Origin: a virus | Taxonomy: Duplodnaviria; Caudoviricetes | Virus record (IMG/VR): IMGVR_UViG_2895427314_000003 | Coordinates: 1-64,000 of that record | Reading direction: 5' to 3' (one strand) | DNA: 64,000 nt | Shown here: piece after piece, positions 35,442 to 42,363 of the stretch | How the letters are laid out: the number at the start of each line of letters is the position of its first letter | How positions within the stretch are numbered: position 1 is the first letter of the stretch | Made by a program: the position numbers and the translations under genes | Notes under the pieces: generated by a model | Seen by the model: the letters and a program-made list of their open reading frames with translations, nothing else | Databases searched by the model: none | Told to the model about the DNA's origin: nothing

Positions 35442-35712
35442 GCCCATCACCGTCTACATCGCTGAAGTGATCTGGTTCAGCGGTAACCCCGTGGACGGGC
35501 GTAAGCGCGTGGCCGTGGGTGCCAGCCTCGAAGCAGCCTTGAACGCCCTCCGTACCGACGACATCTTCGGTGGCGACCTCGTGGCCACGACGGTCAACAA
35601 TGCCGCTCTGGGGACCAAGGGAGCACGCACGTGGGCGGTGCACGAGCGCGACGAGGAACCCGACGACGAGGGCTGCCTGTGGATCACCGAGGAGAAGGTG
35701 ACCCATGACTGA
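35434..35712 (+). CDS. Hypothetical protein
   Basis: GAGGAG RBS. Confidence 0.7.
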   Translation: MSEPITVYIAEVIWFSGNPVDGRKRVAVGASLEAALNALRTDDIFGGDLVATTVNNAALGTKGARTWAVHERDEEPDDEGCLWITEEKVTHD

Positions 35713-36250
35713 CGACTCCGTACAGCTCCGGGATGTCCTGAAGAGGGGCTACCAGAAGGCCGTTGCCGCCGAGTTGACCAGGCAGCGCACCCGTGCCGAG
35801 GAAGCCGAGCAGGACCGCGACCACTGGCGGGAACGTGCCGAAAAGGCCGAGCGCCGCCTGATCGAGATCCGCCGCTACATCGACGAGGACTTCCGGTTCT
35901 GGTGTTCCCCTAACGGCGTGGCAGGCCGGTACGCGAGAGACCTGGTCGCCTACATCGACCGCCTCGACGGGAGAGGGGAGGACGCCTACAGCATCGTCCG
36001 AGCCCAGTTGAAGGCCATCCGCGAGGAAGCCGCCGGCCTCGCTGCCAAGCTGGGCGAGGCCGAACTGGCGCTCGCCCGCATGGAGAACCTCAGGGACAAG
36101 TGGCTGGCGTGGCCGCCGGACGACATGCACCACGCGGCAGGGCTCATGCTGTCCAAGTACCTGGACGGCACCGCGTACGGCTCTGATGAGCCACGGCCTG
36201 ACCCGCCCAGCCTGCCCCCTGAGACGACAGCCACCGAGGAGGAGACGTGA
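35705..36250 (+). CDS. Coiled-coil hypothetical protein
   Basis: RTRAEEAEQ..D.WRERAEKAE heptads. Confidence 0.75.
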   Translation: MTDDSVQLRDVLKRGYQKAVAAELTRQRTRAEEAEQDRDHWRERAEKAERRLIEIRRYIDEDFRFWCSPNGVAGRYARDLVAYIDRLDGRGEDAYSIVRAQLKAIREEAAGLAAKLGEAELALARMENLRDKWLAWPPDDMHHAAGLMLSKYLDGTAYGSDEPRPDPPSLPPETTATEEET

Positions 36251-36444
36251 CCACCGCTGAGGATCGCTGGCACTCCCGCCAGTGCGCCTACGGCCGGACC
36301 GGCGACCCAGAGGACGAGTGCCACTGCCCCGACCCGATCACCCCGGACGCGCCCCGCAAGACGTGCGGGCACACGATGGACACCTACTGCACCTGCTACC
36401 TGCTGGAGTACGTGAACCCGGACGACTACGGGCCGTTCGAGTGA
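36247..36444 (+). CDS. Small Cys-rich protein
   Basis: Overlap chain. Confidence 0.6.
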   Translation: MTTAEDRWHSRQCAYGRTGDPEDECHCPDPITPDAPRKTCGHTMDTYCTCYLLEYVNPDDYGPFE

Positions 36445-36830
36445 ACCTCCTCAACCTTGACGCCCCTCCCTTGTCGCCGATGCTGTGTCTGGGAGGCTGT
36501 GGCCGTCACCTGACTGCGCCGGAGTCGAGAAGGCGCGGTTTCGGGCCGGAGTGTGCCGAGAAGCTCGGGATCATCGACCCGCCAGGCCCGCGCTTCTCCC
36601 GCCGTTCTGGTGGATGCTGCGAGGGACAGGCCAACCTCCTGGAGGAAGCCATGCTGTACATCACCACGGACGCGAGCGACTTCTACCACCGCGACCAGGA
36701 ATGTCCTGCCTTCCAGCGCGGACGCAACGCCAGCGCACCGAACAACTACGAGAGCCACCCCATCCGCGAGGTCTCCGAAGAGGAGACAGCGAAGATGAGG
36801 CCCTGTACGACCTGCCTGGGGGAGACGTGA
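36441..36830 (+). CDS. DUF6011-like zinc-binding protein with a C-terminal second domain
   Basis: C..CGR.LT.PESRRRGFGPEC motif. Confidence 0.75.
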   Translation: MNLLNLDAPPLSPMLCLGGCGRHLTAPESRRRGFGPECAEKLGIIDPPGPRFSRRSGGCCEGQANLLEEAMLYITTDASDFYHRDQECPAFQRGRNASAPNNYESHPIREVSEEETAKMRPCTTCLGET

Positions 36831-37201
36831 CCGACACGCGCGCCCAACTCCAGTACTGCCCTGAAGCGTTCGTCAGGATGCGCCTGGACGAGCGCGAGAA
36901 GGACGCCTGCGGGGCTCTTGAGATCAACCAGAAGGCCCGCGACGCCGGTCTGATGGGCTCGACCCTGTGGGAAGAGGAGGACGCAGCGATGCACGCCGTC
37001 CTCGCCGACGTGAAGTCGAAGCGGTGGATCCTCGACATCATCCAGCCCGACCTCGACGCGGGTACGCAGGTGTTCGGCCCTGATCGTGACGGGTTCGAGC
37101 GGTGGGGCAAGGCGTACCTGATCGCGTGCGCCCTCGCTGAGCCGTGGGCCGACCATGAGGACTACAGCCACAAGTGGGCGAAAGGGGAAGTCGAGCCGTG
37201 A
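36827..37201 (+). CDS. DUF6221-like protein
   Basis: FVRMRLDERE...VLADVKSKRWIL...LAEPWADHEDY pattern. Confidence 0.7.
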   Translation: MTDTRAQLQYCPEAFVRMRLDEREKDACGALEINQKARDAGLMGSTLWEEEDAAMHAVLADVKSKRWILDIIQPDLDAGTQVFGPDRDGFERWGKAYLIACALAEPWADHEDYSHKWAKGEVEP

Positions 37202-37560
37202 CTGACCGCGCGAAGGAACTCCAGGAGGCGATCGACTCCGCCAACGAGGAGGGCTTCGCCTCCCTCGACCAGGCCGCCGCCGACGAACTGATGCGCCTGT
37301 GGGGAGACCTTCACGAGCAGATCCGCTTCGCCTACAACGGTTGTTGGTCAGCAGGGTGCGAGGATGTCGCCCGCCGAATCGCGGTCCTCACCCGAGCGCT
37401 GGGCAGGGCCACACCCTGGCAGCAGGTCCAGATCGAACTCGTGGAGACGGGCATCTACCAGAAGCTGCACGACCTGTTGGGGATCCCGTACGAGCAGCCC
37501 GACATGCAGGCGGTAGTCGAGGTGCGGGCCGAGCGGGAAGCGAGCCTCGCCGCGAACTGA
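37198..37560 (+). CDS. Hypothetical protein
   Basis: Overlap chain. Confidence 0.7.
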   Translation: MTDRAKELQEAIDSANEEGFASLDQAAADELMRLWGDLHEQIRFAYNGCWSAGCEDVARRIAVLTRALGRATPWQQVQIELVETGIYQKLHDLLGIPYEQPDMQAVVEVRAEREASLAAN

Positions 37561-37710
37561 GGTGTCACCTGCACATACGTGGCATATTTGACCTTGGAAG
37601 CGAAGACGGCCCTCCACCCCCATGGAGAGCCGCCCCGTCCCACTACCCTCGCTGAGCCTCATCCACCGCAGAACGAAGCCTCCCGTAAGCGTACATTCGG
37701 GGAGGCCGAA

Positions 37711-38496
37711 ATGTCCCAGCGCACCTACGACCTCGAACGCCTGTGTGCCGGCGCCTGCATGAACGGCTACCGGCGTAAGGTCCGCTCCTACGAGCACGCC
37801 TACGCCGTCTACCGCGCCGCCCATACGGAATGGCAGGCCGACGCCGCGGCGTGGCATGCCCCGCTCGTGTGGCCAGACGAGCCCGCCGAGCCGGAGGAGC
37901 CGCGCCTCCCGTACCGGATCGAGGGTGACCCGGTGTTCTGCCCGGACTGCGTGTACGCCTGCAAGTCGAAGCTGTCGAAGCTGGACGGCGCCGCCTGCGT
38001 GTACCTGCGGGAAGCGGACGGATTCCGAGGCCAGTCCGACCAGGCGAAGGTGTCGTCCAAGGGCAGCGAGCCGCCGTCGCTGTCGCCGGCCGTCGAGGAC
38101 ATCGACGAACTGGACGGGTGGCTGCGCGACTGGAAAGCCGCCTACCTGGGGGCGGAGACGATGGCCAGGCAGGGCATGCTCGCCGACTCCGTCACCCTGG
38201 GAACGGCATGGCTGGTGGTGCGAGCGGAACGCATCCTCGCCCACCCGGACCTGGCGCCCGCGTTCGGCGAGGAGGTCAACCGCTGGCACGGCAGGCTCGT
38301 CCGCTACGACCCGTCAGACGTTGTCGTCGAACCGCTCAGGGGAGCGCGCTGCGCGGAATGCAACGGTCTCACCCTGGAGCGGAAGGTGGGCGAGGACAAG
38401 GTGACGTGCCGGCGCCGTACCTGCGAGCGGGTCCTGAAGTGGTCGGAGTACCAGGAGTTGGTGGACGAGGCCAAGAAGGTACGTAAGGCATCGTGA
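37711..38496 (+). CDS. Putative late-gene regulator with zinc ribbons
   Basis: VFCPDC and RCAEC..LTL.......VTC...C motifs; position at the early/late boundary; function inferred from position only. Confidence 0.55.
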   Translation: MSQRTYDLERLCAGACMNGYRRKVRSYEHAYAVYRAAHTEWQADAAAWHAPLVWPDEPAEPEEPRLPYRIEGDPVFCPDCVYACKSKLSKLDGAACVYLREADGFRGQSDQAKVSSKGSEPPSLSPAVEDIDELDGWLRDWKAAYLGAETMARQGMLADSVTLGTAWLVVRAERILAHPDLAPAFGEEVNRWHGRLVRYDPSDVVVEPLRGARCAECNGLTLERKVGEDKVTCRRRTCERVLKWSEYQELVDEAKKVRKAS

Positions 38497-38675
38497 TTGT
38501 GAACGCCTCCCCGAACTCTCCTCTCGATGTCGTGCGCATGCCCAACGGGGATGTTCTGCTGCTGCCTGCAGTGTGGCCCGTGCGCCTCACGCCGGAGCAG
38601 CGTAAGGACCTCTGTGAACGGTTGTGCGGCGAGTCGCCTGGACAGGATTGGACAAGTCCATCGCGAGCGGTCTAA
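38493..38675 (+). CDS. Small hypothetical protein
   Basis: GTGA overlap. Confidence 0.5.
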   Translation: MIVNASPNSPLDVVRMPNGDVLLLPAVWPVRLTPEQRKDLCERLCGESPGQDWTSPSRAV

Positions 38676-38700
38676 CGTTGGGAAACAGCGGACGATCTAT

Positions 38701-38730
38701 GCCCCGGAACGCTTCCAGCGCCGGGGCTTT
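38701..38730 (+). terminator. Intrinsic terminator-like hairpin
   Basis: GCCCCGG-N13-CCGGGGC followed by TTT. Confidence 0.5.
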
Positions 38731-38752
38731 CGCGTGTCTGGGGGTGGCCCGG

Positions 38753-38998
38753 ATGCGCTTCCACTACGACCCCGACGGCGAACCGTGCGTCACCCGGCAG
38801 CAAGCCGCCGATCTCAAAGGCGTGAAGCCGGCAACGGTGGATCGGTGGGTTCGCATCGGCTACCTCGCCCCGGTCCCCGGCTGTCCGCCGCGCCGGCGCT
38901 TGTTCAAGGTCGCTGACGTGGATGAGGCGGATCGCATGGCGTACGAGGCTGCGGTCCGTACGTCGGGCAGCGGCAAGCGGGTCACCCGCGCAGCCTAG
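38753..38998 (+). CDS. MerR/excisionase-type HTH DNA-binding protein
   Basis: VTRQQAADLKGVKPATVDRWVRIGYL...LFKVADV. Confidence 0.85.
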   Translation: MRFHYDPDGEPCVTRQQAADLKGVKPATVDRWVRIGYLAPVPGCPPRRRLFKVADVDEADRMAYEAAVRTSGSGKRVTRAA

Positions 38999-39021
38999 AC
39001 AGCCGTAGAGATTCCCATAGA

Positions 39022-39205
39022 CGCGCGTCCCTTCGGTGCTGAGGGAGACGCGCGGCTCCGCAGGACGTGCCCCCATGGCCTGTGTCGAGCCCTCCCCAGG
39101 TCGCCCGGTCCCGTGTCTGCGAGGGTCGCGGGCCGGGCGGCCAACCCCTCATCGTGCGGCCTGCCTCTTCCGGGGGGTTGGTGGCGGGCCGCACCACAAC
39201 CCCCT
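39022..39205 (+). ncRNA. Candidate structured leader RNA (three hairpins, possible pseudoknot)
   Basis: Stems at 39022-54, 39101-39 and 39154-94; loop GGGGGTTG complementary to CAACCCCC at 39197-204. Confidence 0.4.
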
Positions 39206-39229
39206 GTACAGCCCCCTTGGAGATCACCG

Positions 39230-39871
39230 ATGAAGGTGTACGCCGCGATCAGCAACTACGACTCCTACGACTACGACGGTGGCTACGAAGTGGTCGGCGT
39301 ATTTGCCGACCGGGTCGACGCCGAGCAGTGCGAACTCGCAGATGGAGTGCTGGCATTCGACGTGTTGGACGGCCCGGCGTACGTGCGGGACCGGCACGTG
39401 GTGACCCTGTACGACAGTCTTTTCCGTGGCCCCGAGCGGACGTCTTACCGCCGCATCGACACAGGCAACGGCGACACGCTGGAGGAGCACGGCTGGCGGG
39501 CCGTGTTCGAGACGTTCGACTCAGGTCGCGCGGACGCGAAGATGGCCGAGTGGCAGGCCGAACATAAGCGGCGCGCCGCCGAGTTCGTCGCCTCGCTGGA
39601 CCGTATCGACGTGAAGGTCTGGTACGAGCCAGGTGACGGATATGCGTTGGTGCTGACGCCGCTGCACCTGCCGGAGAGAGCGCTGCGGGTGTCGCGTGAC
39701 TTGATCACCGACCAGGCGGGCATGCCGCGAGGAGCGACCCTGCATGCCCAGTGGTTCACCGTGGACACGTTGACGCTGGACCACATCGACGGGTTCAAGG
39801 TGTGCCGGGCCCCGGCCAAAGACGGGCTTGCGACGCTACCGACCGCGACCGCTTCCAGGGCGAGTTCCTGA
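39230..39871 (+). CDS. Hypothetical protein
   Basis: GGAG RBS; TGATG overlap with the next gene. Confidence 0.75.
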   Translation: MKVYAAISNYDSYDYDGGYEVVGVFADRVDAEQCELADGVLAFDVLDGPAYVRDRHVVTLYDSLFRGPERTSYRRIDTGNGDTLEEHGWRAVFETFDSGRADAKMAEWQAEHKRRAAEFVASLDRIDVKVWYEPGDGYALVLTPLHLPERALRVSRDLITDQAGMPRGATLHAQWFTVDTLTLDHIDGFKVCRAPAKDGLATLPTATASRASS

Positions 39872-40341
39872 TGGCCTCCGACGAGATGCTGTCCTGGCTG
39901 AAGGCGACGATCGAGGGCGACAAGGCGCTAGCCGAGGAGAACTTGGGTGAGGTCTGGGCCGCCGCCGACGACCGTGACGAAGGGTTCTTCATCGAGATCG
40001 AGGACGCCGGGGCTTTCGGCAAAGCCTGCGGGTGCTGCATAACCGGCACCCTGTGCGAGGTCGAAGCGAAGCACGTCGCTCTCCACGACCCGCGCGACAC
40101 GATCGCCCGGTGTGAGGCCGAATTGTCGGTACTGGATCTCTTCGAGAAGCACGGCTACGCGCTCGGAGGGGCCTACTTTGGCGCGCTGCATGATGCGTTG
40201 GGCCGCCTGGTGGTGGGCTACCGCCACCGCGCCTGCCGACGGGACACGCTTCGGAGGAAGCGGAAGAGGAAGAGATGTACTGGGACTACGACCCGGAGCA
40301 GGGCATGCGCCTCTGGGGTCCAGACTCGGAAGAGCCGATAG
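39871..40341 (+). CDS. DUF6221-like protein with an aberrant C-terminus
   Basis: LSWLKATIEGD...HVALHDPRDTIARCEA..VL...LVVGYRHR then non-family tail. Confidence 0.6.
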   Translation: MASDEMLSWLKATIEGDKALAEENLGEVWAAADDRDEGFFIEIEDAGAFGKACGCCITGTLCEVEAKHVALHDPRDTIARCEAELSVLDLFEKHGYALGGAYFGALHDALGRLVVGYRHRACRRDTLRRKRKRKRCTGTTTRSRACASGVQTRKSR

Positions 40342-40525
40342 AGGTTATCCCGCCCGCCCAATGCTGGCGCTGATCCCGTAGACCTCCGGGCGGGCTTGGT
40401 ACGGCTTCTCTCACAACGATCAGCCGCACGCCTTCGCTTGGGCTTCCCTGGCCCGCCCGGACATCAACCACGCGGCTGCGGACTCACTCGAATAGTCGTT
40501 CGACCTCGCGGGTAGGCTCGCCCAC

Positions 40526-40753
40526 ATGCAAGACCCGCCCTCCGTACGTCTCCCTCACCACCCCGCCGGCGCAGGGCTCCTCCACCAGTGGAGAAAAACC
40601 CGGACGGGCCAGTGGGAAGCGCTGGTGGAGTACGTGCTGGACGTCCCCGGCTACAAGGGTGGGCTGGAACCCCACCGGTCCTGGCTGCAGGCGTACGAGG
40701 TAGAGCCGATCAAGGGCGTCGACTACTCACGGGTACCACGCTCGCGCGCCTGA
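40526..40753 (+). CDS. Hypothetical protein
   Basis: W.K..TGQWEALVEY...W.....VEP motif; plausible codon use. Confidence 0.65.
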   Translation: MQDPPSVRLPHHPAGAGLLHQWRKTRTGQWEALVEYVLDVPGYKGGLEPHRSWLQAYEVEPIKGVDYSRVPRSRA

Positions 40754-40757
40754 CCAC

Positions 40758-41066
40758 TCACTCAGCCACTGCAGCGCACCGGCAAGGCACCGTCACCAGA
40801 GTCCCGGCCTCTTCGTCGATGTGGGCGAGCTGACCGGATCCGAAGCACAACCGGCACAGGAATGCCCTGGCGATGAGCGGGTCCGTCCACACCTTGTGGT
40901 CGGTCGCGGTCGGCGGTGGAGGAGGCGGCTTCTCGCTCCGCTCGGCAGGCTCGTTGTCGCCTCCCACGGTGCCTTGCCCGCCGCAGAAGCGGCACGCCAG
41001 AAACAGCGGCCCGAACTGCTGCCCGCGCCGGCCTCCGCACTCCGGGCACGTGATGGGGTCGGTCAC
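40758..41066 (-). CDS. DnaJ-type CxxCxGxG zinc-finger protein
   Basis: CPECGGRRG, CRFCGGQG, CRLCFGSG and CRC motifs. Confidence 0.8.
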   Translation of the reverse strand: MTDPITCPECGGRRGQQFGPLFLACRFCGGQGTVGGDNEPAERSEKPPPPPPTATDHKVWTDPLIARAFLCRLCFGSGQLAHIDEEAGTLVTVPCRCAAVAE

Positions 41067-41067
41067 G

Positions 41068-41217
41068 TCACGCCCGGCCGGTTCCGTTGCAGGTGTCGCA
41101 CGCCACCCACTGGCGGTTGGCGCCCTTCTTGCCGTTCATCTCCATCCACTCCCCGCCCGCACCGAGGCAGGTACCGCACACCGGGGGCGCTTCGTCGTCG
41201 TCACCTTGCTTCGCCAT
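41068..41217 (-). CDS. Small CxxCxGxG zinc-finger protein (49 aa)
   Basis: CGTCLGAG and CDTCNGTG motifs; leaderless. Confidence 0.75.
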   Translation of the reverse strand: MAKQGDDDEAPPVCGTCLGAGGEWMEMNGKKGANRQWVACDTCNGTGRA

Positions 41218-41252
41218 GCCCGCACCGTAACGGCGCAGGCACACGCTGTCTG
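41218..41252 (-). promoter_or_regulatory. Leaderless sigma70-type promoter
   Basis: CAGACA-N17-TACGGT-N6-ATG. Confidence 0.5.
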
Positions 41253-41298
41253 TGACTACTGAGTTCGACACCTGTACTGCCAACACAGCCGCGTCCGA

Positions 41299-41320
41299 AG
41301 GCCCGCCACTGTGCGGGCCT
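41299..41320. terminator. 8-bp hairpin
   Basis: AGGCCCGC-N6-GCGGGCCT. Confidence 0.45.
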
Positions 41321-41344
41321 CCGTCATGTCCGGAGGTGATCGGC

Positions 41345-41632
41345 GTGCGCGAGGAGTACAACCCCGCAGTTCACGGCTCCTACGCGTCTTGGCTCCGCAA
41401 CAAGGGAGTCCAGACCCGCGCCAGCGGATGGACGAACGCCACCCACGACCAGGTGACGGAAGGCCGTGACCGGTTCGGCCAGCGCTTCAAGCGCACCACC
41501 GACCAGCTCGGCCATGACGTCATCCAGCACGGCAACGACCAGCAGTCCGTCATCGCGCGCATCCAAACCGTCCGCGCACACGTTCCCGCCTCCGCGTCGA
41601 AGAGGGAGATCACCGATGTCATCGAGCGCTGA
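41345..41632 (+). CDS. Hypothetical protein
   Basis: GGAGGTGA-N5-GTG. Confidence 0.7.
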   Translation: MREEYNPAVHGSYASWLRNKGVQTRASGWTNATHDQVTEGRDRFGQRFKRTTDQLGHDVIQHGNDQQSVIARIQTVRAHVPASASKREITDVIER

Positions 41633-41840
41633 GCGCGCCGCCGAACTACGAGCACAGGCCGACGCTCTCGACGCGATGGCCGGCCTCGAAAACGACCTCC
41701 TGGCCGCGAAGGAGAGCGGCGACAAGGCCGCCATCCGGGAGGCGTCTCTCGCGCTGCGGGAGGCCCGATCCCAGACCCGCACCGAGGGCACGACGGTCGG
41801 CGGCGACGCCTTCGTCAGCCCCACTTCTGAGGAGGTCTGA
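41616..41840 (+). CDS. Small helical hypothetical protein
   Basis: GAGGGAG RBS; Ala-rich helical sequence. Confidence 0.75.
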   Translation: MSSSAERAAELRAQADALDAMAGLENDLLAAKESGDKAAIREASLALREARSQTRTEGTTVGGDAFVSPTSEEV

Positions 41841-41842
41841 TC

Positions 41843-42295
41843 ATGGCTGTCACCGCTTCGGGCATCTACATCGCCACGATCGTGGACGTGTTCGACGACA
41901 CCCAGCTCGGCCTGGACCTGTCGTCGGAGACACAGCTCAAGGTCGCCCTCTTCACGAATTCGATCACACCCAACTTCAGCTCGGACACCGCGTACGGCGT
42001 GTCCCCGTACAACGCGAACGAAGTCAGCGGCACCGGCTACACCGCCGGTGGGGCAACGCTCACCACCACCACATTCACGGGCAGCTCCGGCTCGACCACG
42101 TTCGACGCGGCCGACTCCTCCTGGGCGTCTTCGACGATCACGAACGCCCGCGCCGCCCTCATCTACGCCGACGGCCTGGCGGGCGACAACGCGGTGGTAC
42201 TCCTCAACCTGGGCCAGGATTACAGCACGTCAGCGGGCACGTTCCTCCTGCAGTACAGCGGGTCCGGCATCTTCACGGTCGATTGGACGCCGTGA
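41843..42295 (+). CDS. Virion structural/fibre-associated beta protein
   Basis: LKVALFT, NEVSGTGYTAGG and FDAAD.SW..STIT.AR.A.IY motifs seen in phage virion-associated proteins. Confidence 0.75.
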   Translation: MAVTASGIYIATIVDVFDDTQLGLDLSSETQLKVALFTNSITPNFSSDTAYGVSPYNANEVSGTGYTAGGATLTTTTFTGSSGSTTFDAADSSWASSTITNARAALIYADGLAGDNAVVLLNLGQDYSTSAGTFLLQYSGSGIFTVDWTP

Positions 42296-42325
42296 CCACC
42301 TGCCGCTGACACCCACCCGACCCTC

Positions 42326-42346
42326 ACCGCCTCCGGGCGGTTTTCT
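42326..42346 (+). terminator. Rho-independent terminator
   Basis: ACCGCC-TCCG-GGCGGT-TTTCT. Confidence 0.7.
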
Positions 42347-42363
42347 GCTGTTCGGGGGCGGGC

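Noticed and set aside
40385-40470. tRNA-like element (77-nt stem region followed by ...ACCA)
   Set aside because: No T-loop consensus (GTTCRA), no D-arm or anticodon-arm geometry; closing stem is 11 bp
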